From Octopus sinensis (lineage: Eukaryota), in the NCBI RefSeq assembly GCF_006345805.1, contig NC_042998.1, positions 34,348,001 to 34,412,000 on the forward strand: a stretch of DNA of 64,000 nucleotides. Reading direction: 5' to 3'. The translations under genes were made by a program, and so were the position numbers. The stretch's first letter is position 1; every line of letters begins with the position of its first letter. Of this stretch, positions 22,141-35,189 are shown one piece after another. Below the pieces are notes generated by a model that had not been told where the DNA came from, made no database searches, and saw nothing but the letters and a program-made list of their open reading frames with translations.

Positions 22141-22756
22141 TAAAAGAAAGAACAACAAAACTAGGATTATATCACATGTATATATGATCCACAATTAGGC
22201 TTTACAAATAAAGGAAGTTTTGTTCTTTTTATTTTATTGAATAAATTCTGTAGACAATAATTTTATTAGAGCAGCTAGCAGCTCAAATGTTAATGTCTAT
22301 CTTAGTTCTCAATCATTAGATTCATGATTGCTTTCAAAATTTGATAGGTTTTTTTTTTTAATTATATGTCAATTTTTCTTGATTATCTTTTTGTTTAATA
22401 TATGTTCTACTTGCATTGTTGTGAAGAAATGGTAAAAAACATTAAGAACCATAATTTTTAATTTTTGTTCTTTTATTATTTAGCAGAAATGCCAGGCGCA
22501 TTATGTTATTAATAATCGTAGATTCAATGTAATCTGAGAATCTGGAGTCTGTATCAGTGTGATAACATATCCAATAAGTAGATATCAGGAACAAAAAAAA
22601 AAACAAAAAACAAAATAAAGAAACAGACATACATGGAATAGTTATTAGTTTTACACTGTAAGGAAAAGGAAAATTCAACATTTCAGGTAATGGCATTTCT
22701 TCAAGGAAAAATGGAGAGAAAAAATAAGACAAAAGAGGAAATTCTGTAAGAAATAT

Positions 22757-23150
22757 TCTTTTTTACTCCAGGCACAGGGCCCAAAATTTTTTGGGAGGGG
22801 ACCAGTCGATTAGATCAACCCCAGTACACAACTGGTACTTAATTTATTGGCCCCGAAAGGATGAAAGGCTCAGTCAGACTTGGCAGAATTTGAACTCAGA
22901 ATGTAAAGGCAGACGAAATACCTATTTCTTTACTACCCACAAAGGGCTAAACACAGAGGGGACAAACAAGGACAGACAAATGGATTGTCGATTATATCGA
23001 CCCAGTGCATAACTGGTATTTATTTAATCGACCCGAAAGGATGAACGGTAAAGTTGACTTCGGTGGAATTTGAACTCAGAATGTAACGGCAGATGAAATA
23101 TCGCTAAGCATTTTGCCCAGCGTGCTAACGTTTCTGCCAGCTCGCCACCT
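22757..23150 (-). mobile_element. SINE B dimer
   Basis: Two head-to-tail B units with junction aaagaaataggtatttcgtctg on the minus strand. Confidence 0.85.
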
Positions 23151-23204
23151 CTGTAAGAATTATTATAGTGCTGTTACTCTTATAATCAATAACACAATGA
23201 TATT

Positions 23205-23420
23205 GGTTTCAAATTTTAGCACAAGGCCAGCAATTTCAGGGGAAGTAGGTAAGTCGATTACATAAATTCCATTGCTGGACTGGTATTTATTTTACCAACC
23301 TTGAAAGGACAAAAGACAAAATTGACCTCAGCAGAACTTGAACTCAGAACATATAGCTAGATGAAATAGTGATAAGCGTTTTGCCAGGTATGCAGATGAT
23401 TCTGCCGGCTTGCTGCCTTT
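23205..23420 (-). mobile_element. SINE B, diverged
   Basis: gcacaaggccagcaatttcagggg...ttgaactcagaac...tctgccggcttgctgcc. Confidence 0.7.
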
Positions 23421-24069
23421 TAGCAACACTATAATATTATCTCCACAGAACATTTCTTTCTCTTTTTCTTTTCTGATTTTCCTTGAACAAGAGCCACTGT
23501 TCAAAATGTTAAGCACCTCTGATATCTTATTCCTACCTTATATCATAAAACTAATAACTACATGAAGTTTTTTTTTTCTTTCCTTTGGTTTCATTGTTTT
23601 GTTTCTTTTGTTTCATTACTGAAACCTTTTCAGTAGACATTATTATATTACACTACTTTTTATTTTCATAAAGTTCATTTGTTATATTTTACATCATAGA
23701 ACAAAAGGTGAGTTGAAGCAAATTTATTTCACTACACCTCTAATATAATCAAAGAAAAGCCATGAAATTCACATAATTTTTGTCCCTTTTCTCTATGAAA
23801 TTTCTGGTCTTACAAGAAACCAATTTTTCATGAGTATTGGTTATTTATTATACCATAATAACATGTTTGCTGTGGTGTTTATTTGAATAAAATTCCTTAT
23901 AACAATATTGAAATTATTTTGAGATTATTAGAAACCCAGCAAAGGAATACATTTTATTTTACTTCAAATGCAGGGGACAAGTCCTGGCATGTTTTTGTTT
24001 TATCAGCAAGGCATAGACTACATCTTAGTTATCCGAGTAGTAATGAGCAAATCACTAAGTAAATGTATA

Positions 24070-24690
24070 AGATTGTGGCTGTGCGGTAAGAAGTTTGCTT
24101 CCCAACCACATAGTTCTGGGTTCAGTTCCTCTGCATGACATCTTGGGAAAATGTCTTCTACCTTGAACCAATGAAAGCCTTGTGAGTGGATTTGGTTGAC
24201 AGAAGCTGAAAAAAGCCCACTGTATATATATATATATATATATCACCGTGACCGACCAGGCTATCAGATGTTGCTACACATCGCTAGTCACAATGCGCTT
24301 CGCCTTGTTTTAGCCTTCAAATGACGCCACCCCACTGGCTAAGTGAGCAGGCCGACAGAAGAAAGAGTGAGAGAAAGTTGTGGCGAAAGAGTACAGCAGG
24401 GATTGCCACCACCCTCTGCCGGAGTCTTGTGGAGCTTTTAGGTGTTTTCGCTCAATAAACACTCACAACGCCTGGTCTGGGAATTGAAACCGCAATCCTA
24501 CAACCGCGAGTCCGCTGCCCTAACTACTGGGCCATTGCATCTCCATATATATGTGTGTGTGTCTTTCTGTCAGTGTTTGTCCCCCACCACTGCTTGACAA
24601 CTGGTGTTGGGGAAAATAGAGTAAATACCAGGCTAAAATAATAAAAAAATATATATAAATTGGGGTCCGTTTATTCAATTAAAAACTCTA
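24070..24690 (+). mobile_element. SINE A split by a nested SINE D
   Basis: 5' part 24070-24225; 3' part resumes about 24550 after the insertion in its (TA)n tract. Confidence 0.75.
24243..24545 (-). mobile_element. SINE family D (tRNA-derived), nested
   Basis: Minus head tggagatgcaatggcccagtagttagggcagc...ggtttcaattccc; matches 51847. Confidence 0.8.
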
Positions 24691-25749
24691 CAAGGTGAGT
24701 CCCTAACCCTACTCTTGCCTTTTTAGGCATGAAACCTTATCCTCCCTTCTCTCTACCCTTGCTATTAACCCTAAGTGACACCACATCGCTCAACCACTGT
24801 CCTTGCTATGGGCAAAGCAGGTCTAAGCCATGAATGGTAATCCATCAAGAAGGTCACACCTGGCTCTGTATCTCACCTGAATATTTCAGGGTGCTTTTGT
24901 TACCATTGGAAAATTAAGTTGTTTACAAATTCCACAAGACTGTGCTGAGTCAGAATTTGTCTTCACTATTAATCGACTCCTCTGAGATTGGTGAAAGGTT
25001 CGGTCAAAAATCTTTCTCCTACCAAAATGTTTGCCGGTTTCTCCATAAAAGAAATCAATATTTTATTTGGAAAATATGTTTGATGAATTTTGCTATTCAA
25101 GTTACACTGTATTATATTTCTTTGTTTAGTTCTACATTTTCCATATTCTCTTCACCATTCTATTTATATTACGGGGCTCATTTCGCATATTCCTGTTTAT
25201 GAAATTCATATCCTTTTTAGAAGAGCAAAGAATATTAAAATTCACTAGCAAACCCATTTATGTATTCATGTATATAAATAATAGGTAAATTATTTTTCAT
25301 AACACTCAAAAGAAAAAGTAAAGAAGCCTGCTTGGCAACCGTTATTCTGTAAATGATCAATTCAGTAGCATCGTAAGAGAGACCTTTATCACTTTATTGC
25401 TTTCAAAATGTCCATTGGAAGTAGATAAACATCCTTTGCCAAGTTTCTGTATAAATCAATGAGAATTTGATCATAGTGACAATTTATACACACATTCTTC
25501 TTATTAATTTGTTAATTTTCCTTCATGCATTTACTGCTGCTTTGTCCTAAATATCTGTGCTGCCTAGCATTTTGTGTGTTGCACATTACCTTTAAGAATC
25601 GTTGGATTGCTATACTATAGATGTATATTATTCATCTTTCTGGTTTCTGCTTAATTTGAGTTTATACTGATTTTATTCATTTTAATTTCATTTTTATCTT
25701 GTTTTTTTTTTTTCCCGCCTGCTTCCAGTTGAGGGGATTTTGTTTTGCA

Positions 25750-25925
25750 AGTTGCTTGGTGACTCTGTCAGTGCTCGTGCCACATAAAAAGCACTGCTGC
25801 TGGTACCATGTAAAAAAATGCATTGGTGCTGATGCCACATTAAAAAGTACCCAGTCCACTCTGTACAGTGGCTGGCGTTAGGAAGGACATTTGGTTGTAG
25901 AAACCATGCCAGAATACAATGGAAC
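25750..25925 (+). mobile_element. Partial RTE 3'UTR
   Basis: gtgccacataaaaagcac...ggcgttaggaaggacat. Confidence 0.6.
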
Positions 25926-26460
25926 CTCAGTCCTCCTTATTGTATTAATCTGCTACCCTTAATGTATCAACAACAAACGCAAGAAAAATAATATTTGAAT
26001 AAATCCTAAATTGATGACTTGCTAAATAAGATGTGAGATTTTAAACCCAAAATAACAAATTCCCAAATTAGGATAATCTATCAATAATTTCCTCTGCTCA
26101 ACAATAATTCACTGGTTATAGGAAATGTTCTGTGATGGTGGCTGTAAATGATTGGTATTTGGCTGCTAATTATTGCAGGTCAAGTAACACATAGGCTAGT
26201 CTTGCAGCTGTCATTGTCTGACTGACTTCAGCTTGTTAGGAAGGACAGACTGTAGCATGACTGGAGAGACAGATCGATTGAGTTGTGTTAAAGTCTGCCG
26301 CAGTTTTAATAGATATTTAATTTATTATCCCCAAATATGAATTATACTGTTCATCAATATATTGAAATATATGTCTGCAAACACGAATACATATAGCTCT
26401 TCTGTTAGACTAGTGGGAATTTTGAGACAGTTCGTTTATACTCGGAGAAAAATACATCAT

Positions 26461-26670
26461 TTTATCATCATCATCATCATTTACTGTCCATCTTCCATGC
26501 TAGTAGGAGTTGGGTGGTTCGACAGGAGATGGCCAGCTGGAGGGCTGCACCAGACTTCATTGTTTCTTTTGGTTTGGTTTCTACAGGTGGATGCCCATCT
26601 TATAGCCAACCTCTCTACAGAGTGTACTGGGCGCCAGCACAGGTGCTTTTTACATGGCACCAGCACATTT
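26461..26670 (-). mobile_element. Orphan RTE 3'UTR
   Basis: (CAT)n then cttccatgctag...ggatgcccatc. Confidence 0.7.
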
Positions 26671-26694
26671 TAATGTATTATAAATATTCGTTTC

Positions 26695-27118
26695 TCCTCT
26701 AGGGATAAGGCCTGAAATTTTGGGGGAGGGAGCCAGTTGATTAGATTGACCCCAGTATGCAACTGGTACTTACTTTATCGACCCCTAAAGGATGAAAGGC
26801 AAAGTCAACCTTGACAGAATTTGAACTCGGAATGTAAAGACAGATGAAATACCACTAAGCATTTCACCTGGCATGCTAACTTTTCTGCTAGCTTGCCACC
26901 TTCTTTAAAAATTCCATTCTACTCTAAGCACAAGGCCCAAAATTTTGGGGGAGGGGTCAGTCGATTAGATCAGCCCCAGTAAGCAACTGGTACTTAATTT
27001 ATTGACCCCGAAAGGATGAAAGGCAAAGTCGACTTAGGAGATTTGAACCCAGAATGTAAAGACAGATGAAATACCGCTAAGCATTTCTGTGCTAATGTTT
27101 CTGCTGGCTTGCCGCCTT
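26695..27118 (-). mobile_element. Two tandem SINE B units
   Basis: Repeated aaggcc.aaattttggggg...gctaa.ttttctgct.gcttgcc.cc. Confidence 0.8.
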
Positions 27119-27269
27119 TATGTATTATAAATATTAGAATATATATGTGTGTAAGTGCATATTTGTGCATGTATGTATATTTTAGTATATATAGAGGCAG
27201 TTATGTGAATAAACAAATTAAATATATAAAATATAACAGCTTGGGTACGAAATATAAAATACTCAAACT

Positions 27270-27526
27270 CAAAAGCAAATCAAGATCGAAATCACAATGG
27301 AAATTCCTGACTGGCTCCCCATGCCAGTGACACATAAAGAGCACCATCTGAACATGGTTGATGGCAGTCACTCACCCCGACTAGCTCCTGTGCTGGTGGC
27401 ACGTAAAAAGCACTGTCCGAATGTGGTTGATGCCAGTGTCACCTGATTGCCTCCTGTGCCGGTGGCACCTAAATTGCACTCACTACACTCTCGGAGTGGT
27501 TGGCATTAGGAAGGGCATCCAGCTGT
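27270..27526 (+). mobile_element. RTE 3'UTR fragment truncated by (TA)n
   Basis: aaatcaagatcgaaatcacaatggaaatt...gcattaggaagggcatccagctgta. Confidence 0.75.
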
Positions 27527-27571
<45 letters not shown>

Positions 27572-27725
27572 AATGTCATATGTGACAATGATTCGGCATC
27601 CGAAAAACTCAGAGTTTTATCATGGCTACTGAATAATTGCCACATATTACATTTACAGATAAATTCCTCTAGTTACATAATATCATGGTCTCTTTCTTTC
27701 TTTTGTTATCTTACTGTTTTTACCA

Positions 27726-27765
<40 letters not shown>

Positions 27766-27827
27766 TTTATCAAGTATTCACCCTGAATTTATTTTATACA
27801 CACACACACACATATATATATACACAT

Positions 27828-27872
<45 letters not shown>

Positions 27873-28074
27873 CATATATATATAAAACATATACTTAAAT
27901 ATGTAATGCATAAATATCTATAAATCTATGTCCATAAATACATATGTCTATACTTATGTATTATATTCATAAATCTATATGTATATATATACATAATATA
28001 TATACTTATGAATGTTTGTATTTATATATATTTATATATATATAAAACATATGCCTCCCCTTACAAATATAAAT

Positions 28075-28106
<32 letters not shown>

Positions 28107-28150
28107 GTATGTATAATGTACAAGATATGCATGTGTGTGCATAGATACAC
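27527..28150. repeat. (TA)n/(CA)n low-complexity tract
   Basis: Directly visible. Confidence 0.85.
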
Positions 28151-28729
28151 TCATGAATGCATGTGTAGACACGCTTCCATGAATATAAGCATGGATTTAT
28201 TCTGAAGAAAACTGATCTATAAAGATAGATTTTTGGTATTTAATAAATATTAATGCAATCAATAACAAACTATGATATCTTTTTGACTTTTGTGAACATG
28301 TTATTTCTTTGATTCCATATTAGAATTTTCTGACAATATATAAAAACAAAAAACAAACAGACTTCATATATTATTCTGAGGAAAACAATTTTGGAAGATT
28401 AATTCAAGTTTATTACCAAAGAGTTTATTCCGATGCAGGAAATATGGCTTAAACTCTACGATTTAACTATGCGTCCTTTGTCTGTCGAGAAGAGTTGGTA
28501 TCATTTGCTAATGGCTGAAAGTGAAGTCATCATCACCATCATCACCACTACCATCATCATCATCATCTTTGGCATCATGATTTCTTTTGTTGTTTTCCAA
28601 TACTATCATTACCATTTATAATAATGGTATCTAACTTGAACTGTGGTTTTTGTAGCAATATCCACCCTCTTTGCTAAGTGGGTGGCTGTTGTTGCACTGC
28701 ACTGGGTGTTTCGTGATTTATTTCCACAT

Positions 28730-29140
28730 CAGGTGCAGGAGTGGCTGTGTGGTAAGTAGCTTGCTTACCAACCACATGGTTCCGGGTTCAGTCCCACTGC
28801 GCGGCATCTTGGGCAAGTGTCTTCTACTATAGCCTTGGGCCGACCAAAGCCTTGTGAGTGGATTTGGTAGACGGAAACTGAAAGAAGCCCATCGTATATA
28901 TGTATATATATATATATGTGTGTGTATTTGTGTGTCTGTGTTTGTCCCCCTAGCATTGTTTGACAACCGATGCTGGTGTGTTTACGTCCCCGTCACTTAG
29001 CGGTTCGGCAAAAGAGACCGATAGAATAAGTACTGGGCTTACAAAGAATAAGTCCCAGGGTCGATTTGCTCGACTAAAGGCGGTGCTCCAGCATGGCCGC
29101 AGTCAAATGACTGAAACAAGTAAAAGAGTAAAGAGTAAGA
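28730..29140 (+). mobile_element. SINE A, full-length, CpG-rich (young)
   Basis: gcaggagtggctgtgtggtaagtagc...ggttccgggttcagtccc...gactgaaacaagtaaaagagtaaagagtaaga. Confidence 0.9.
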
Positions 29141-29264
29141 GTATCATTTCTCTTGAGTTGATGAAATACAATACCAGTTATGTACTTGTCTCCTTTGAAT
29201 AGAAACTACATCTGCTCTGCAAAAGATATGGCCTTGTCCTTGTGTAAGAAAACTTTGAGTGTAT

Positions 29265-29410
29265 TGGGTGTATATCTCCCCCTTTGTAAACATAAGGACA
29301 CAGGAAAAGTGTCAAGGCCAACAGGAAGTGGTGCTGTTTCCTAGGGCTAAACAACAGTAGCATTCTTCCTTTTCATGGGACTGCCACATTAAGTTGACAA
29401 CATACCACCA
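29265..29410 (+). repeat. Partial copy of the repeat that carries the hammerhead at 44463
   Basis: ctccccctttgtaaacataaggacacaggaaaagtgtcaag...cctagggctaaa...atgggactg.cac.ttaagttgaca is the reverse complement of about 44305-44435. Confidence 0.75.
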
Positions 29411-30499
29411 CTTTATTGTGTTACTACTGTATAAATCTCTCTGAGAGATTTAGAAATGTATTATTTCTATTATTTAACTGTTTAGCATTTAAACCAGTCA
29501 TATATCTGGCCCACATATTCTATTGTTTTATGTTCAAACCAACCAGATCCTACCTCTCACACCTACCCTACAATGTCATTCTGTCATTCTTTAGTCAAAC
29601 TGTCCAATCCATGCCAGCAAGGAAAGTTGACATTAAATGATGACGATGATGATGATGATCTCGGGTGAATTATAGGTTAGAATTCCTCTTGTGGCATTAG
29701 TTTTGTTCAGACAAGAATGTTAGTTTATTATGACAGTCCAGTGTGGCGCTTGTCAATTGTACGGGGTCTCTATTTGAAATGGTAGGAAGGGTAGATTGCT
29801 ATAGCAGATGCCTGCTTCTCTTTCCAGTGTTTTCCAGTGTTTGATGTCATGTGTAGATAGAACTATATTGGTAAAGTTTTACTACTCTCACTGGCGCTGC
29901 TAATTTTCAAAACTATTGATCTGTTAATTATATTATTGTGGTTTGCAGCAACCAAAGATGGTAATACAGTTATGATTTCCAAGTGAAGCTATTTTAACTT
30001 GATTACACATCTGATACCTTTGGGAAAGGTAGAAAATATATCATCTCATTTTCCTCTCCCTTTAAAATTTTCAGCCTCTCTGATTCCTTCTTTGCAATTA
30101 AACCTCTTTGTATTGTGTAAATCTCGCAAAATTAATGATAAAGCGTTCTAAGCAGTTGATCAGATAATTACTCCTGCTAGGCTGAGTAATCTGCTTGCAC
30201 TGGTCGTTGTTCCTTATGAGAGGTAGAATGGTTGAATGAATAAAATATCGACATAGTAACCATCCAGAAACAATTTATCATGTTGTCTCCAGCCAGTTGT
30301 TCTTGGTAAAGTTATAATATATATACACAAACACGACTAAGTTGGTAGTTACACTCATTGAGAATTATGTAAAACGTTGCCAAATTTAAAAGAAAAAAAA
30401 CAGCAAAGAGTGTAAAGACATAACCAAAAACTATCATTGAAACCCACCATGCTACAATGGTCTGAAATATCATTTTACAAATGAAAAACCATACAAATA

Positions 30500-30917
30500 T
30501 TTATTTCTTTATTGCCCACAAGGGGCTAAACATAGAGGGGACAAACAAGGACAGACAAAGGGATTAAGTCGATTACATTGACTCCAGTGCGAAACTGGTA
30601 CTTATTTAATCGACCCCAAAAGGATGAAAGGCAAAGTCGACCTTGGCGGAATTTGAACTCAGAACTTAAAGACAGACGAAATACCTATTTCTTTACTACC
30701 CACAAGAGGCTAAACATAGAGGGGACAAATAAGGACAGACAAAGGGATTAAGTCAATTACATTGACTCCAGTGTGAAACTGGTACTTACTTAATTGACCC
30801 CGAAAGGATGAAAGGCAAAGTCGACCTCAGTGGAATTTGAACTCAGAACATAACCGCAGACGAAATACCACTAAGCATTTCGCCCGGCGTGCTAACGTTT
30901 CTGTCAGCTTGCCACCT
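30500..30917 (-). mobile_element. SINE B dimer
   Basis: Same junction as 22757-23150. Confidence 0.88.
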
Positions 30918-30948
30918 ATGCAAATATTATAGGTAAAGACTAGGTTCA

Positions 30949-32460
30949 GAGAGACTGGTAGTAGTGGCAGCAGCAGTAGTGGTAGTAGCAGCAGTAGCTG
31001 TAGTATTAGTAGTGGTAGTAGTAGTTGTAGTATGGGGGAATGTGCTGTAACAGTGCATCACTGCATCCACCATGTTTTGGCGTTTCCCTATTCCTGGAAG
31101 GTGACACCTTTTCCCCACTCAGGCAACAACCCTCCAACTCTGGGCTCTGTTTGGGTAGCCGTTGCTGGAGAGGCTTTTCTGAGGTCAGAGTGCAGGTCCT
31201 ACCTCAACTTCTTTTAATCACCTTTTACAACACATGGAGGAAGTGTTGGGTCCATTCTGTGACATGCTGGTCCCTACATGGCGCAATGAGGGAGAGAATG
31301 TTTTTGTTATTAATGTCTGTTGAAGAGAATATTGTCTGTGTTTGTGCACCCCCACCACCTCTTGACCAACTGGTGTCGGTTTGTTTACATCCCTGTGACA
31401 TAGCAGTTTAGCAAAAGAAACTAATATAATAAGAAGCAGGCTTAAAATAAAATAATAAATACTAGGGTCAATTTATTCTAAAATTCTTCAGAGTTGTGCC
31501 CCAGCATGGCCACAGTCTAATAACTGTGACAGCTAAAAGATAAAAGATGTATATTTGCATGCGTGTGTGTGTTTGTGTGTGTATGTGTGTGTGGTGTGTG
31601 TGTGTGTGTGGTGTGTGTGTGTGTGTGTGTGTGTGTGTACATGGACATGGACACATACATAGGTATGGTGGTGTTCTTGGAGCTTTCATGAAAATAAGAT
31701 AAAACCAAACTGCAATAAATGCGCAACTGAAATTTCGAAGGTGTGCTGTAGCATGGTCGTAGCACAGTGATTGAGTCCAGGAAAAGAATGAAAGAATATA
31801 TGTTGAGATCTAGGGATGGTACTAAGTAGAGAACATAGGAATGGGACACACAGAAGCAATTGCAATAATAGAACCGGGAATGGTAGAACAATGATGTACA
31901 TTAATACAAAAGAAAGGACGGAACATAAAACATGTCCACAGCATAGAGTGAGAAACAGCTTTACCAAGCACCGCATGCACGCACGCATCGCACTCATGCA
32001 TGTATTATGGAGAACATTTCCAATGGAATAGAAAACTAAAACAAACCACTGCACAGAGCCAAGTCACACAGAGGTGCATTCAGTTATGCAGTAAAAGCAC
32101 TATAATTGAGAGACTGGTAGTAGTGCCAGCAGCAGTAGTAGTAGTAGTAGTAGTAGTAGCAGCAGCAGTAGCTGTAGTATTAGTAGTGGTAGTAGTAGTT
32201 CTAGTATGGGGTTAGGGTTAGTATGAGGGAATGTTCTGTAACAGTGCATCACTGCATCCACCATGCTTTGGCGATTCCCTATTCCTGGAAGGTGACACCT
32301 TTGCCCCACTCAGGTTTTATCTTATTTTCATGAAAGCTCCAAGAACACCACCATACCTATGTATGTGTCCATGTACATGTATACACACACACACACATAC
32401 ACATGCATGCAAATATACATCTTTTATCTTTTAGCTGTTACAGTTATTAGACTGTGGCCA
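30949..32460. repeat. Local duplication-inversion
   Basis: 30949-31123 is directly repeated at 32108-32314; 31507-31706 is inverted at 32313-32460. Confidence 0.85.
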
Positions 32461-32508
32461 CTACTGAAATAATGATGACGATGATGGTGGTGGTGATGAT
32501 GACAGTGA

Positions 32509-32540
<32 letters not shown>

Positions 32541-32899
32541 ATGACACATTATAAATATTGCATGAAATTCTTCTGTGGCAGTTTGGATCATGGCTTACAT
32601 TAGCATATTAGTGCATTAATACGGTCTCTTTTGTTTCCAATATTTCTTGCTGTGAGAAACATACAGTTATTTTGTAAATCTATACCAAAGGAAAAATCTT
32701 TTGATTTATCTGTCTAATTTCTTACTATTATCAAAAATATGCAACAGGTTACTGTTGATACATTAGCTCTGATATCTTAGGTTTTTTTTGTTTTGTTTTT
32801 TTTTTTAAATGAATTTTAATCTATTACTTCAAAAAAAAGTTGTCACTAAAAAAAATTTGACTCATTTTAAAAGACCCACAACAAGTTTGTTCTAATTCC

Positions 32900-33530
32900 C
32901 TTTATACTCTAGGCACAAGGCCTGAAATTTTTGGGGAGTGGGCCAGTCGATTAGATTGACCCCCAGTACACAACTGGTACTTAATTTATTGATCCTGAAA
33001 GGATGAAAGGTAAAGTTGACCCTGGCGGAATTTGAACTCAGAATGTAAAGATAGACAAAACACTGCTAAGCATTTCACCCAACATGCTAACATTTCTTTT
33101 CTACTTTAGGCACAAGGCCTGAAATTTTGGGGGAGCATGGGCCAGTTGATTAGATTGACCTCAGTATGCAACTGGTACTTAGTTTATTGACCCTGAAAGG
33201 AGAAAAAGCAAAGTCAACTATGGCAGAATTTGAACTCAGAATGTGAAGATAAGCAAAATACTTAACAGTATTTTGCCCAGCGTGCTAACGTTTCTTAATT
33301 CTTTACTGCCCACAAGGGGCTACACTCAGAGGGGACAAACAAGGACAGACAAAGGAATTAAGTCAATTACATCAACCCCAGTGCGTAACTGGTACTTATT
33401 TAAGTGACCCTGAAAGGATGAAAGGCTAAGTCGACCTCTGTGGAATTTGAACTCAGAACATAGCGGCAGATGAAATACCATTAAGCATTTTGTTCGGCGC
33501 GCTAACATTTCTGCCAGCTTGCTGCCTTAA
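32900..33530 (-). mobile_element. Three tandem SINE B units
   Basis: Repeated B cores at about 32900, 33095 and 33300. Confidence 0.8.
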
Positions 33531-34929
33531 GTTTGTTCAATTCACTCAACACAACTGTTTGGCTCAGGATTATTGTTGGGATAAAACAAAGATAAAGGTC
33601 CTTCCCGAGCCCTATAGACTGATAGGGCCAGTTTCCTAGTTTCCATAGTGCGCATATATTCCTCCTACTGGACTGAACACTGGTCCTTCACAGGATTACT
33701 CATGTTTGCCAGCCAAGTGAACTGGAGCAGTGTAAAATGGGTTGCATTGCTCTAGAACCCAACACATCGCCATCAAATCAAAAACCACAACCTTTTGATT
33801 ATGAATGTACCATCCTAGTCGCCCACCTCCACTCAGGATTCATGTTAATACTCTATGAGATTCCAGTGTCATTGAAGTCTGACTATTGCTTGTAGAGAAT
33901 TACTCAGCACTGACCAAGAAGAAAACCGTTTGTTGACTTTCTTGAATGTCTGAAATGAAATCAACCAGACACCATACTTTGCACATACATCATACCCGGC
34001 ACCATGATTGGAAGAATATTATTAAGAGGTGATTCTGTAATTGATCTTTTTTTCTTTTTTGGCTGAGCTTTGCTTTGAAATCTTAATTTAATTCAAGAAT
34101 CTGGCTAACACACACATATATAAAGCCATTAGATGTTAAGCAATTGTCATTTAACTAAAAGTCTAAATCAATATGAACCACATCAACAGCAAGCATTTCT
34201 CTTAAGGAAAGATTAAAAAATCCGCTTGAGAAATATTGATAATAAAATGGCAAGGTAAGAACTAATTTATGAGACCTTTACAGCTGAAATGTGATTGTGG
34301 TTAACTTTAGAACTTTTCGCTTCTAACTTCAAGAGGGAGAACATTTTGAGTATTTCTTTTACTGTAAATGATTAAAGAATTTACTTAAAAAACAAGAAGC
34401 ATTTCTTTCGATTTCGATTCAAGATAAACCTTTCTGGTATATTAATTTAACTACTTCTTGAAAGCTGTGCAAAAATGTCTGTTAAATTTTCCAAGTAAAT
34501 TCTTTGTTGTTGATTAGCTTCAGTGAGTCTCTAACACAAAGATAGTTTGTTAAAGAATTTTTTTCCCAGTATTCTAAGACCATTCTGCTTCATTAATGTT
34601 TTCTAAGATTTAAAACTTAAACTTGTAATACTTAGTTTGTAGATCATCAGAAGTTATTCAAAGGTAGATCTCATTGCTATTAAGCATAGGCAGAATATTT
34701 TCAGAGATTCTTGGTTTGAATGGTGTTTTTTAATTAAGAATTTTTTTTACTTCAGTGGTTTCTTAGAAGCTCTGTTCCTCCTAACTGAAATTCATTGAGT
34801 CAAATCACTTTAAATTAACTAATTTGTTGTGCTGACACTGTCCAAGTTCATTTAGAGGAATACAAATGGACAGTCAAGTGCATTACTCATTTATTCATAA
34901 CACCTCTGCAGGGTAAAAGACAAATAGCA

Positions 34930-35166
34930 CTGCTTTATTTACATTCGATGGATATTTGTCCTCATCTCGTTTGTTGTTAACACAGTGTTTCGGCTGATAT
35001 ACCCTCCAGCCTTCATCAGGTATCTTGGGGAAATTTCGAACCTGGGTTCTCATTCCTAAGGTATTTTTCGATGTTATTAATATTATTCTTCAGGTCACTG
35101 CCTGGAATCAAACTCGGAATCTTGGGGCTAGTAGCTCATGCTCTTAACCACTACACCATATGTCCC
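34930..35166 (-). mobile_element. tRNA-head SINE-like element with hammerhead-containing tail
   Basis: Minus strand: A-box tggtgtagtgg, B-box gagtttgattcc, then gatac CTGATGA a GGCTG gagggtatat CAGCC GAAAC act gtgtt. Confidence 0.7.
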
Positions 35167-35189
35167 TACTGTCTTTTACTTTCCATTCA

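Noticed and set aside
29203-30116. Small AG/GT-bounded segments 29203-29243 and 30075-30116 as exons
   Set aside because: Short, open in several frames, with no recognisable peptide; such sites are common in AT-rich introns.
33880-34030. Possible exon on either strand (MIGRILLR on +; IQESQQTVFFLVSA on -)
   Set aside because: Conflicting strands, weak donors and no supporting neighbours.
35085-35166. tRNA genes (also the heads at 51847, 28730 and 17474)
   Set aside because: A and B boxes are present, but there is no complete cloverleaf or acceptor stem, and each continues into a repeat body; these are SINE heads.
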